Below are positions 12,861 to 25,403 of a stretch of DNA of 64,000 bases, in pieces. A program made the position numbers and the translations under genes. The notes below the pieces were generated by a model that worked only from the letters and a program-made list of their open reading frames with translations, did not search any database and was not told the origin of the DNA. Positions within the stretch are counted from its first letter, which is position 1; each line of letters begins with the position of its first letter. The DNA is from Chiloscyllium plagiosum (lineage: Eukaryota). The stretch is taken from assembly GCF_004010195.1 (NCBI RefSeq), contig NC_057720.1, positions 31,538,831 through 31,602,830 of the forward strand, written 5' to 3'.

Positions 12861-14206
12861 GGTAAGTTTTTTCTTACAAATAACTTTCATAGGATGTGAT
12901 GTTACTGGCAAGGCCAGTATTTATTGCCCTTGAACTGAGTGGTTTGCTAGGCTCTTTCAGAAAGCAGTTGAGACACAGTAATTTGGTTGACTCATGGAGG
13001 TCAAGTCAGGTAAGAATGGTAACTTTCTTCCTACACTGGAAAGAAAAAGGACAATGGATTACAAATGATCCTTGTCATAGTCACCATGCTAAAGACTGAG
13101 ACTAGCTTTAAAAGTCTAGATGTATTAATTGTATTTATTTTCAGCTCCCACCGTGGGAGTCGAACGCTTGTCCACAGAGCATTACTAGTCCAATGATACT
13201 ACTATACCACCACTTCAATGAAAGCTAGTCTGACATGTATCAGATTTTGTCATGTGCATTGTATATCTGTGTTTGGAAGATAACCATATGCAGTGAAATG
13301 TTTTTTGCAATTGCAGATTAATTTTAGCTTTTTTAAGAATTAGCCCATTCAGGTAGATGTATATTTTCATATCTAGTATCACATCACTGTCACCAATCTG
13401 ACAAGTGAGAGATGGTCATAAATGCTTCATAAATGTAGAAAACTAGTTAAAGTAATAGTTCAAACTCCTGAAGCAGGTCAGTAACTGCAAGCATGTGTGA
13501 TTTATATCCGGCAGCTCCAGTCCATTGAGCACCAGCACAAGTAGTCCCTGAATGTGGCAGTGATTGTTTTTGCAGCAAATTCCATTGCAAAACGTTTTTA
13601 TGTAGAGTAAACACAAAATTTTGAAATCACAAGCTAAGCAACTTGCCACTTTTATTTGAAGGGCAAGAGAATTTTAGATAATTAGAGTCTCTATGCATGA
13701 ATTAAGGAACAGCAAAGATCATGCTGGCAAACACGCTTAATAGCAAAGGTTTTTGTGCTCACTGTGTACATTGATTTTAAAGTATCTTGCAGCTAGAGTC
13801 TGTACTTTTGGAAGCAATTACTAACAGCAATAAAGCTCATTTGGCAAAAAAAATTCGAAGTACATGTACTGAAATGCACAAATGGAAAAAAATGCCACCT
13901 TTTTGACCATTGCTGTTGGGAGGTCCAGTTCCATTATTTTAATGGAACAGTGTTTAGATCTTGCTCAGTTGTGATTTGTTGAAAGAGCATGGGAGCAAGA
14001 GGAAGATATTCAGCCCATCTGGGCCCCTCCACCACCACATCTTCCTAAATGCTGTACTCCTGTACTATTTTTACATACCTTTTGATTAGATTTTTATCTA
14101 ACTACATAAGTGGAAAGAGACTGAGCTTCTAAAGATCTGTGGGATACAGAATTCAATAGGTCAGGGAAACCATCTTTCTGCATCCACTGAATCTATTCAT
14201 AGTCCT

Positions 14207-14770
14207 AGTCATAGAGATGTACTTCACAGAAACAGACCCTTCAGTCCAATTCATCCATGCCGACCAGATATCCCAACACAATCTAGTCCCAACTGCCAGC
14301 ACCCGACCTATATATCTTCCCCTCTCTCCATGAACCTTTGCCCTCTAGTTCTGGACTTCCCCCACCCCAGGGAAAAGACTGTGTCTATTTATCCTATCTA
14401 TACCCCTCGTGATTTTATAAACCGTTGTAAGGTCACCTCTCCACTACTGATGCTCCAGGGAAAACAGCCATAGCTTATTCAACCTCTCCCTTTAGCTCAA
14501 ATCCTCCAACCCTGGCAATATCCTTGTAAATCTTTTCTGAACCCTTTCAAGTTTCACAACATCCTTCTGATGGGGAAAAAGACCAGAATTGCGCACAATA
14601 TTCCAAGTGGCCTAACCAATGTCCTGTACAGCCGCAACATGATCTCTCATTTATGAATAGGAAGGGATTTGGAGGGATATGGGTCAGATGGGACTAGATG
14701 GGGTTGGGATATCTTGTCGACATGGACGAGTTGGACCAAAGGGTCTGTTTCCATGCTGTACATTTCTATG
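14207..14770 (-). mobile_element. CR1 3' fragment with a short inverted 3'-tail copy
   Basis: Begins AGTCATAGAGATGTAC, the reverse CR1 tail shared with 27648, 42098 and 50918; 14653-14770 is a plus-strand copy of the same tail. Confidence 0.75.
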
Positions 14771-17102
14771 ATTCTTAAGTACTCCATTTTTGTGAAGTCT
14801 CCTACTTTTGTAGGAGAAACACTTTATCCACATTCTGTTCCATTTGCCTTTAGGTGCACTAGATAAATCAGCTATTATAATGACTAACAAGGTCAGCCAG
14901 CATTTTTTTAAAACCATAATGCAACTATTGGTGACTTTTGGAAGTAAGACAATATTTGCTGTTTGTGAAACGTGCAACCTGTACTGTGCCTCACCTTCTA
15001 CCACCCAGATTAAAGTTTATATGTCTCTCATCTATTTTGTTTATTTCCTCACCCTACAATTAGTAAATGTTTCCGTTTCAGACTCCAGAAATCTCACCTC
15101 GCCACCCTCTTTGGTGTTCCACCTATATTTTGATTCCTCTCCTAAGGGAAGCTTTCAAATTAACACCACTGTCACTTCACAGGATTTTTGCGTTTTTGTT
15201 TTTGTTTACTTCTGTTTTTAACATTCTCATTTTTAGATTTTTAGTATCAACCTGATATGTAGTTTTTTTTTTGCTCTTTTCTGCTTTTTTTTTTGTCATC
15301 TGAGCACCTTTTTGATTTGTCCTATTTTTCACTTCATTGAATTCTAAACTACCTGAACAATTTCATCATTGCCAGGCAAAACTGTAACAAAGTAATGTGA
15401 TGGGTTCTTTGATATTGGCCCTGTTCAAAGTGCTCTCAGGATTGCTTGTTCTTTTCAACTGCTAGCAGTTGTCTAGTAGTACAGTATTGCTTTAAAAAGA
15501 CACTTCGTTCATGATTTTTGTCTTAGACTCAGACAATTTACAAGAAATGCAGAGAGAAGAAAACACTAATGCTTTAGGGGTGATGATCAGCAAGTGGATC
15601 CTGATGCATAGAATGTATGGAGGATCTTTCTCCCCCTTAGTATGTTTTCCCTTTTGATTTTGTAGTGAATTTTTCCTAAGTGAAAGATCAAGCTTTGCTC
15701 TTTCATCTTGTGGGGTCTAGGATAGGGATAATTTCAGTGAGGGGTTGCACACTTAAGGCACAGTGAGGTGTTTCTAAAAGTTCTGCATCTGTAGAATTTG
15801 TAACTGCAGAGGGTTGTTGAGATTGGGTATGGCTGCAATACTGATTTTGTTTTTATCAGTAATGGAATAGAGGGTTATGGGGAAAGGCAAGAAAGTGGAG
15901 TTGAGGACTATCCATAATCTCCTCCTTCAATGGTGCAGCAGACTCAATGGGCTGAATAACCTACTTCTGCTTCCATGACTTCATGCATATTTACTTCAGC
16001 AAAATAACCAAGAACAGCACAAAGAGGTTCTTCAGCCCTCCAAACACGCACTGACGTGTTTTGCCCTTGCATAATAAAATTGTCTTCACTCAACATCCAT
16101 GTCCTCTTAACTTTCCTCTACGTGTATTCATCCAGGTGCTGCTATAGTGTCTGCTTCCATCACCACCTCTGGCAATGTGTTCTTAGGCACTTGTCACCCC
16201 TTGTATGGGGAAAACTTGCGCCTCTCATCTCTATTGAACTCTGTGCCCCCACCCCTTTGCACCTTGAACCTGGTAACATACCCCTCCACCCAAGGGGGAA
16301 CTCTTTACTTTCCACACTATCCATGTCATTCACAATCTTCTAAACTTCTATTATTAGGTTGCCCCTTACCCTCCTGCTTTCCGGTGAAGTTGAGCCCAGT
16401 TTATGCCGCTGCCTTCATAGTTAAAATCCCCCTTCCTAATCAACATCCTGGTCAACCTTTTTCTGTACCACCTCCAAAGCATCAAAATCCTTCTGGTAGT
16501 GTGGTGACCAGAACAGTGTGCAATATTCTAAGTATGGTCAAACTAAATCTGTCCATCCTTATACTCAATACCCCTGCCAATAAAGGCAGTCACATCTAAG
16601 CCTTTTTACTACCTTATCTACCTGTGATTCCACCTTTAGTGATCTGTGGACCTGCACCCACAGATCCCTATGCATGTCAATACTTCAAAGGGTTCTGCCA
16701 TTCACAATAATTTCCACCTATACTTGACCTTCCAAAACCTTAGACACATGAATACTGTCTTCTAAAAGTTCCACCACTAGTACGGAGTCCTCTTGATCTA
16801 GAAATGAATTAGATTAGCATTGGTAAACAGTATTTTAAAAACTCTTCTGTCTTGCTTTACTATTACTCAGGTTTTGAAGGAGTCATGTTGCATTCCTGCT
16901 ATTCTCTCTGAGCAGGTCTGGCAACCGATGTTGAATTTCTTCTGTCCTTTTCTCTTAATTTCAGAATTCCAACCCCCATAGTGTTTTACTTTCATTACTG
17001 TTGCAGTTTTATTGGAAGTTCTAACAATACTAAACTATTCGATTAGTGTTTTTTATTTCCCTGAAGTTGCCTTCTATTCCATCCTCTTTATCTTTCTGAA
17101 GT

Positions 17103-18160
17103 TAAGTCACACAACAGGTTATAGTCAAACAGGTTTATTTGGAATCACTAGCTTTGAGTGCTGTTCCTACCTCAGGTGATTGTGAAGCATTAGACTTCAT
17201 TAATAACAACGGATTGGTGTCATGCAACTGAAATGAAATACTGAACAAATATTGTGTGAGTGTGAAAGCTTGGTAAAGTGGGTGTGGACTACAAGCCTGA
17301 GAGTTTGGGGGGGTGGGGGAAAGAGGAGAGAGAAGAGAAAGAGAAGGCATGTGTAGTGCAGTGGGGTCACCTGTAGTGTGACATGAACAAAAGGTCCCAG
17401 TTGAGTCCATCCTCATGGGTACTGAACTTGGGCTATCAGGCCAAGCAGAGGCTGATGGCCAAGTATGGTACCCCTGAAGATATCCTCAACCAGGACCTTG
17501 TCATGCTACAGGTGACCCCACTACACTACACACGCTTTCACGTACAAGGATGCGTGCAATATTCTGCACTCACTCTCGCATCCACATGCTCACTCTTGGA
17601 CAGACGCACCCTCTCACAGGCTTATATTCCCATCACGTGCGCACACATTCTCACACTCTCTCATCCACATGCACATGTTTAAGTCAATGGGGTGAATTTG
17701 TATTTACAGAATGTTTGCAGATAAATTTTATTTGGCCCAAAAAATGCACCATCTGCAGGCAGTCAATACATGTAATATTTTGTAAATTCCACTTTGGAAA
17801 CAGAACTGGTCTGACTCAAGATTGGGATACACAGACTCTAACCTCGCACCTTTTTAATGCATTGTCTGAGTTGAGATGTCACCTTTTGTTATAAAACCTT
17901 ATGTTACCTTGAAGGTAGACTTAAAAGTAGTTCTTGCATTTACATATTAATGAGCTGAAACCTGCAACCCATTCTAAAAAGAGACTTAACAATCCACCTC
18001 TGTTCAAAATGTCATGAAATGAAATAATTCTTTTTGCTATAAATTGTCTTCTGCTTCATAATAAGAGGTATTGCTTACAAATAAACCTGCTGGTGTTGTG
18101 ATTTTTTTATTTCTTTTAACTTTATCAACCCCAGTTCAACACCAGCTCCTCTACATCATT
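17103..18160. mobile_element. Decayed Penelope-like element (family B) with inverted pLTR segments
   Basis: AKQRLMAKYGTPEDILNQDL resembles a GIY-YIG C-terminal segment; both ends resemble the 38948-39160 element in opposite orientations. Confidence 0.55.
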
Positions 18161-18446
18161 TTCTTGAAGCTTAAGTTAGGAAATCTGCAAGATAGGCTTA
18201 GGCTTAGTACCAAGGTATTGATCTTCATTATCGCCTCACCAAACCTCCACTGTTTCACAACAGTGTGAAAAAGGGTTTATAACAGTGTAGGGAAAGAAAC
18301 TCCTAGTACCTTTCTCTTGCCTCTGCAGAGAACAACCTTAAACAGGGGTAAATTACAAAGTTCTCCTTCATTATAAAACACAAGTGCTGCACCTCCCAAA
18401 GAAGCTGTCAGATACGTGGTCGCTCTCTGGAATATCATTGACCACT

Positions 18447-18624
18447 AGGCAAAAGTGAGGACTGCAGATGCTGGAAACCAGAGTTTAGATTAGAGTGGTG
18501 CTGGAAAAGCACAGCAGGTCAGTTAACATCAGAGGAGCAGGAAAATCTATGTTTCAGGCAAAAGCCTTTCATCAGGAATGTCCATTTTTCTTCTACTCAG
18601 ATGCTGCCTGACCTGTTGTGCTTT
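18447..18624. mobile_element. Fold-back Penelope-LTR short element (family A, tail-first orientation)
   Basis: 12-bp direct repeat TCATTGACCACT at 18435-18446 and 18625-18636; minus-strand CTGATGA-A-AGGC-TTTT-GCCT-GAAA. Confidence 0.7.
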
Positions 18625-18677
18625 TCATTGACCACTGCCTGATGGCCCTTGGTCAAACACCAGATTATTGTCTAGAG

Positions 18678-19840
18678 TGTTGGTGGGGTGGGGTTCGAGG
18701 GTGGAAGTGCAGGACGTGGATGAGCTGCATTGGAGGGCATCTTCAACCACATGGGAGGGGAAGGAGGCCATCTGGTGTGTTCTGTGGTGAAACTGGTCTT
18801 CCTGGGAGCAGATGCGGTGGAGGCAGAGGAATCTGGAGTATGGGATAGCATTTTTGCAGGAGGTAGGGTGGGAGGAGGTGTAATCCAGGTAGATGTGGGA
18901 GTTAGTGGGTTTGCAGATGCGGTGGAGGCAGAGGAATCTGGAGTATGGGATAGCATTTTTGCAGGAGGTAGGGTGGGAGTTAGTGGGTTTGTTTAAAGAA
19001 AAAATCAGTGTTGAGTCAGTCATCGTAGACTGAGAGGTCCAGGAAGGGGAGAGAGGTGTCAGAGATGGTCCAGGTGAATTTAAGATCGGGTGGAATGTGT
19101 TGAAGTTGATGAACTGTTCAACCTCCTCGTGGGAGCACAAGGTGGCACCGATGCAATCATCAATGTAATGGAGGAAAAGGTAGGGAGTAGTACTGGTGTA
19201 ACTCCCAAAGGTGGATTGTTCTACATAGCCCTCCGTTTCTTACTCTCCCGTCTACCCCACAAGTATCCTTCCACTAACACACATTTGTTTGGCTGAACTG
19301 GTCCTCGCCCTCAACAATTTCTCCTTCGATTCCTCCAGACGAAAGGGGTGGCCATGGGCACCAGCTACGCCTGTCTCTTTGTCGGCTATGTAGAACAGTC
19401 CATCTTCCGGAGTTACATCTGTACTACTCCCTACCTTTTCCTCTGCTACGTTGATGACTGCATCGGTGCCACCTCATGCTCCCATGCGGAGGTTGAACAA
19501 TTCATCAGCTTCACCACATTCCACCCCGACCTTAAATTAATCTCTGACACCTCCCTCCCCTTCCTGGACCTCTGCATCTCCATCAACGATGACTGACTTA
19601 ACACTGACTTTTTCTTTTTACAACCCACTGACTCCCACAGCTACCTGGATTACACCACCTCCCACCCTACCACTGACATTTCTGCCACATCCAAACAGAC
19701 CCTACCACCAGGGCTATATTTCCGTCCCCAACTCTATCTGCTTTCTACAAAGACCATTCCCTCCACGACTACCTGGTCAAGTCCACGCCGCCCCACCCCC
19801 ACCCCCAAAAACCACCTTCCTCTGCCACCGCAGGAATTAG
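18678..19840. mobile_element. Rearranged Penelope-like RT fragments (inverted pair)
   Basis: GVAMGTSYACLFVGYVEQ...YVDDCIG...LPFLDL RT motifs on the + strand (19348-19596); inverted copy at 18678-19225 contains an internal duplication of about 70 bp. Confidence 0.75.
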
Positions 19841-19849
19841 AATATTGAA

Positions 19850-20645
19850 AAGTGCAGTACAGAACATGCTCTTCAGCCCACAACATTCTGCAAAGGATTA
19901 ATCTTAATGTAAAATAAAACAACCTTACCTATGCACCCTCAATTCACTGCTGTCCATGTGCATGTCTAGCAGGCGCTTTAATGTCCCTAATGACTCTGCT
20001 TCCACCACCACAGCTGGCAATGCATTCCATGCATTCACAACTCTCTGCGTAAAGAACCTACCTCTGGCATCTCCTCTATACCTTCCTCCTAATAACCTAA
20101 AACTATGACCCCTCATCCCAGTCCATCCTGCCCTGGACAAAAGTCTCTGGCTATTGAGTCTATCCATGTTTCTCATTATTATCAACGGCACCTCCAACCT
20201 TTGTGTCGTCTGTAAATTACTAACCAACCCCTCAATCTCCTCATCCAAGTCAATTATAAAAAAAACTACAAAGATGAGAGGCCCAAGAACACCACTCAAC
20301 ACTGAATCCAGGCAGAATACTTTCCATCTACTACCACTCTCTGCTTTCTGTCAGCCAACCAACTCTGAATGCAGATAGCCAAATCTCCCTGTATCCCATA
20401 CCTGCTGACTTTATGAACGAGCCTACGATGGGGAACCTTATCAAATGCTTTGCTGAAGTTCACATACACCACATCTACTGCTCAACCTTCATCGACTCAT
20501 CTTGTCACGTCCTCGAAGAACTCGTTAAGATTAGTTAGGCACAACCTGCCCCTCTCAAAGCCATGCTGACTGCCTTTAATCATGCTATGCTTTTCCAAAT
20601 AGTCATATATCCTATCCCTCAGAATTCCTTCCAAAACCTTGCTGA
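19850..20645 (-). mobile_element. Internally deleted CR1 LINE
   Basis: SVVSKVLEGILRDRIY..SQHGF..CLTNL, VLGPLIFVVFFIIDLD and RFFTQRVVNAWNALP motifs on the minus strand. Confidence 0.8.
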
Positions 20646-20649
20646 CCAC

Positions 20650-20890
20650 AGACGTGGTCTGTGCCCACACCTCACCCCTCACCTCCATCCAAGGCCCCAA
20701 AGGAGCTTTCCACATCTGTCAAAGTTTCACCTGTGCTTCCACACGTCATTTATTGTATCTGTTGCTCCCAATGCAGTCTCCTCCGGGAAGGAGTCTGGAC
20801 GCCTTCTTGCAGAGAGCTTTAGGGAACGTCTCTGGGAAACCCGCAACAATCAACCCCACTGCCCTGTGGCCCAACATTTCAACTCCCCCT
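20650..20890 (+). mobile_element. Penelope-like GIY-YIG fragment, left half (interrupted by the ERV)
   Basis: RLLAESFRERLW...HCPVAQHFNSP continues at 26135 (CCCTCCCAATCTGCCGAGGACATG); compare the uninterrupted minus-strand copy near 54570-54630. Confidence 0.8.
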
Positions 20891-21615
20891 TGTGGGATAT
20901 AGGTAAAGCAGTGTTACTTCTGCAATCCTAATTGTTTATGCAAGGTAAATGAACTCACACCAGTGTATAATTGTTTCAGCCAAGAGCTGAGTTCACAAGA
21001 ATGAAAACTATGTGAAGGAGATATATAATTACTTTTGCATTAGCTAAAATGTGCATACAAGAATGAAATGTGCCTGCAAACAATGGTAGATGTTACAGAC
21101 AAATAGATATGGTGCTGTGAGGGGAGGGGTATAGGTTAAGCTAGATATGCCTGTACAAACAGTTACAAGCATCTGTTTTCCAGTTCTGCAAAAACAAACA
21201 AAAAGGACCACCATTAAGCTCAGAGTGAAGAAGGATAAAAGGAAATATTGCTTTGGTAAGCACGGAAACAGATGGCAGTGAAGAAGGATAAATAACAATA
21301 AGAACACAGAGGGAGATGGCAAACGGTCCTGTGAGGCCAGAGATAAGCATTTTGTCACGGACTGGGCCTGATGAGTTCAGTGATAAACAGCAGGGTTTAG
21401 ATTAGAAACAGATGTAAACAGGGGAGTAGCAATGGGAGGAGGGAAGAGAAACCAATTACATAAATATTGTGTACTCGTTAAACTCAGTGTGTGTGTGTGT
21501 GCCTTGTGGACAGTGTACACCACACCCCTCTTGCAAGAGTGTAATAAACGATACTACTGATTCAGATCTTGTCTCGGACTGAAATTATTGAAGTGAATGA
21601 GCTTTGTTTCTCACA
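20891..21615 (+). repeat. ERV 5' LTR (725 bp)
   Basis: Starts TGTGGGAT, ends TCTCACA; AATAAA at 21543-21548; direct repeat of 25404-26134 with scattered substitutions and small indels. Confidence 0.95.
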
Positions 21616-21617
21616 AT

Positions 21618-21635
21618 TGAGGGCTCGTCCAGGAT
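21618..21635 (+). promoter_or_regulatory. Primer-binding site, tRNA-Pro type
   Basis: TGAGGGCTCGTCCAGGAT, 2 nt after the LTR; 16/18 to the canonical PBS-Pro TGGGGGCTCGTCCGGGAT. Confidence 0.85.
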
Positions 21636-21926
21636 ATTCTTCCATCGCCGGGGGGAGTAACTGGTCCTGGACACTGGGAAGACGCATCCCGTTCCCGATT
21701 GAGGAGTAGTCCCGTGTCCCGGATTGGTCCACTCCCTTGGGCGACTGGTACGAATCCCACAAGAGAGACATCTGAATCAGTGAAAGGAGGTCAATAGATA
21801 ATACGGCAAAAAGGGGCCAGGCAACTCTGTGCACAGGCCAAGGTAGGAAAATTGACTTTTAAGTACTGCCTTCGTGGCTGGGATTGAGTTTTAGTAGTTA
21901 ATAAGGGACTAACGAAGGAACTCAAT

Positions 21927-22362
21927 ATGGGCTGTGCTCGATATGGAAAAAGCCTCTGGGAAAACAAAAGAAAAAAGGCAATGGAAATGGAGGCGGGGTC
22001 CCCTACTAACATATCTCCAGAAAGTCCGTTGGGAAGGATGTTGTGGAATTGGAAAAATAATACTTCTACAGGGGAAAAAGATAGGAAAAAGATGATTAAA
22101 TATTGTTGCTTTGTATGGACTAAGAAATCCATTCTTCATCCTGCCGTCTTCTGGCCAAAGTACAGGTCGGATGAAGACTGGGTTTGTAAATATTTGAATT
22201 TATATGTCAATGAAAAACAGCCTTACAGTCAGGAAGTGGAAGTGGAAATCCCCACAGGCGGGATATTATTACTGTGGAAAGATAGGTCACTTTAAGAGAG
22301 TGTGTCCAGATCTGAAAACGGAAGTAAAGGCAGTACCGTTTATGAACTTTGATGAAAAATAG
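21927..22362 (+). pseudogene. gag: ERV gag remnant: matrix joined out of frame to nucleocapsid, capsid deleted
   Basis: MG start; SPLGRMLWNW..KMIKYCCFVW..WPKY matrix motif; degenerate CCHC knuckle (Y)YYCGKIGHFKRVC at 22264-22305; TAG at 22360-22362. Confidence 0.8.
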
Positions 22363-22495
22363 AGATGCCAGGGGTTCCTGCCCCCGGGGACCCACCAGAA
22401 ACCCTTGATAAATTTAAAGGTGGGACTTTTATAAAGAGGACGTATTGTCCTAGTCGATACAGGGGGCAGTAAGGTCATCCTTAAATTTTAAGCCC
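22363..22495 (+). pseudogene. pro: ERV protease N-terminal remnant
   Basis: In frame after the gag TAG: RCQGFLPPGTHQKPLINLKVG (compare gammaretroviral QG..P.EPRITLKVG), then frameshifted LVDTG at 22450-22464; implies a read-through type gag-pro junction. Confidence 0.75.
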
Positions 22496-23015
22496 AAGGC
22501 AGCGGGAACGAAAGAGTTAATTGCATTATGGCGACAGTTTTGTGATGAGAGGCACGAAAAATCAATTTTGAGCTCATGACAAGATACTGCCACCAAATTG
22601 GGGATTGAATTAACTGCAAATGGTGCTATGAAATCTGTCGAGGTTCTTAAAAATGAATGTGCTCGAGCAAAACAATTACAGAAACAGAATGAAAAATCAC
22701 AAGTGACTAGTAAACAAACAGAACTGCGCAATTACAGTTTTAAAAATGTTTTCGTCACTTGTTCCACCCTGAATTACAGATAATGATTTTTATATAATAT
22801 ATAATTAATATTTATAATAAATTTATTGTGTTAGCCTGAATCAATATTAATTGGCAGGATCCCTTCACACATTCTCAGTGATGTGTCATATTGATTCATG
22901 GTTAATTTAAAACATGACTGTATTAATTCATTAAAGAATGGAAAGCTACATTACTGGCCGATGAGGTAACTAAAGAAGCAGTGGTTTATTCCTTAATACC
23001 TACTGTCCCAGGTCC

Positions 23016-23393
23016 TTGGGAAGCTCCTATCTCTGGCCACTGCCAATCCCAGAAACTAAAGAATTGTTCTTAAAGAAGTATATACTGGGCTTGTCCTCCT
23101 CTTTGTCTTTCCTCAGGAAACAAGGTTTATTAGCACAGACTCCGCCCCTTGAATTCGCTGTTCATCCAATTCGACCAGGAGATTGGGTCTTAGTAAGATC
23201 ATGGATAGAGACTAAAATGCAACTGGACTGGGAAGGGCCGTATCAGGCTCTTTTGACCACCGAAACGGCGATAAGAACGGCAGAAAAAGGCTGGACTCGG
23301 ATCAAAGGGCCAGTGGAATCTCCGGTTAAGGAAGAAGTCTAGACAGCCGAATCAACCGAAGAACCACTGAAACTCAGGCTAAAGAGACTTTGA
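23016..23393 (+). pseudogene. pol: ERV integrase C-terminal remnant
   Basis: HPIRPGDWVLVRSW...WEGPYQALLTTETAIRTAEKGWT (GPY/F domain); in-frame TAG at 23340-23342, then ...EPLKLRLKRL*. Confidence 0.85.
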
Positions 23394-23483
23394 GTAACCG
23401 ATTGTACAGTGGCGATGCAAGCGTGGGATTATTTCTGTAGGATTGTATATTAAGTCTTTCGGTGCTTCAGCACACTTTTTAGA

Positions 23484-25380
23484 ATGCTGGGGATGCTTAG
23501 GGTAATGATACAGGCTCTCTTAGTATTGGGATATTGTCAAACATTATTTTCATCTGTGTTATTAACGGTTCGTGAGTATGATAATCCGCAGGTAATAGAT
23601 GTCAATGCATGCAGCTTAGTAAATTGTGGGGATGTAGATAATCAAAGACAGTACAGCAGCTCAGAGATACATCCATCTTAAGTTCTACGGGGATGGCCTT
23701 GGGGATGGTACTTGGCATAATGGTCTCGTCACAGTACACCGGGCCCCCTTCCAATCAACTTTCAATTGTCCCGATGAAGAGCGTAACCCAAAATACTTAA
23801 CAATAAAGAAAATCACATGGCACGAAGCAACTCGGGGGGGCACCTATGAGATACAATTAGATGAAACATTTGGCATAAAAATGAAAACAAACGGGAAGGA
23901 TTTCTCGGGCTGTTGTTTTTGAATTAGCGTAGGAAAGGGAAAACAGACAGAACTACGGGATAATAAGAAACAACCTTTTGCCCTTCCTAACAACCCAAAG
24001 GTGGTAAAAATCATAGAGATAAAGGACTTGAAACAGACCATCGAAATAGAAACTGGATACGGGGATGCAAATGATTGGGTTGAATGGGTAAAGTACACTG
24101 TAAAAAGTCTGAACAAGAGCAATTGCTATGCATGTGCCTCCGATAGACCAGTGGCCCAGGTGGTTCCCTTTCCGCTCGGGTGGAAGTGAGACAGGAAGGG
24201 CATGAAATGTATGATAGCCCTTATCAGGATGAGACTGCATGGAATGATAGGAACTGTACCTCCCTATCTCTGATATTCCCTCCCTTGGAGAAGAAAGATT
24301 TAAAAGCATCCCCCCTACGTTTTCAGTCGCAGTTGGAAATCACACATTGTGCGTGTGTCTGCGAGGTACAATTCGGTCTAGAGATTTGGGGGAGCTGAAA
24401 TTATGTACAGAGATCAAGAATGTCACCGAAACGGACAAGGGAGGGAACTACTCAGCACTAAAGATTCCCCGAGCGGATCTGTGGTGGTACTGTGGAGGAA
24501 AAATATTGAGAACCACCCTACCTCCAGATTGGAGAGGGATATGTGCAATTGTACAATTGGCAATTCCATTTACCCTGGCATTTGAGAAGGAAAAGATAGT
24601 AGAGAAAAAGGGAAGGAGTAAGAAATCACTGTTAGACACCTCTTTTGATGACAGGATTTATCTAGACTCTATGGGGGGGGGGGGGGGGGGGGAGGTACCG
24701 GATGAGTTCAAGACTCGCAACCAGATTGCAGCAGGCTTTGAGTCAGCTCTCTTCTGGTGGGTAACGATTATTAAAAATGTAGATTGGATAAATTACATTT
24801 TCTATAATCAGCAGCGATTTATAAATTATACAAGTGATGCAGTTAAAGGAATATCAGAACAGCATGATGCGACAAGTAGGATGGCATGGGAAAACAGAAT
24901 GGCCCTTGATATGATTTTAGCGGAAAAAGGGTGTGTGTGTGTGATGTTAGGAGGAAGCTGTTGTACATTTATTCCTAATAATACTGCGCCTGATGGTTCA
25001 ATTACTCGTGCCTTAAGGGGATTGACTACCTTAGCAGAGGAACTGGCTGAGAATTCAGGAGTAGATACATCTCTCACGGGATGGCTTGAATCAAAGGGGT
25101 GGTGGTTTCCATCTTTACTTCCCTGATAGTAGTAGCCGGGGTATTGGTAGTCATTGGTTGTTGTATCATACGCTGTATACGAGGGCACACCCAAAGACTG
25201 ATTGAGACAGCCTTAATGAAACAAATGCCCCTAAAGAGCAATCGGAGAGAAGGGCTCTACCTGTTAAACAATGAAGGAATAAGTGACCTCAGGGCGATTT
25301 CCAAAATAAATGAAATTTCAGGAAAGATGCTCATCAATTTGGAAGCGACATATAAGAAAAATGCAGAAGATAAAAAATGA
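23484..25380 (+). pseudogene. env: ERV gamma-type envelope, frameshifted
   Basis: Signal-peptide-like start; CXXC (CYAC 24124-24135); degenerate furin site RSKK; ISU-like ENRMALDMILA followed by CX6CC (CVMLGGSCC); hydrophobic TM SLIVVAGVLVVIGCCII; split over several ORFs. Confidence 0.9.
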
Positions 25381-25386
25381 TAATTT

Positions 25387-25402
25387 AAGAAAAAGGGGGA
25401 AA
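25387..25402 (+). promoter_or_regulatory. Polypurine tract
   Basis: AAGAAAAAGGGGGAAA one base before the 3' LTR. Confidence 0.85.
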
Positions 25403-25403
25403 T

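Noticed and set aside
24673..24692. 20-nt G run in env as a G-quadruplex or Gly linker
   Set aside because: It lies in a dead env; homopolymer slippage or a sequencing length error is more likely.
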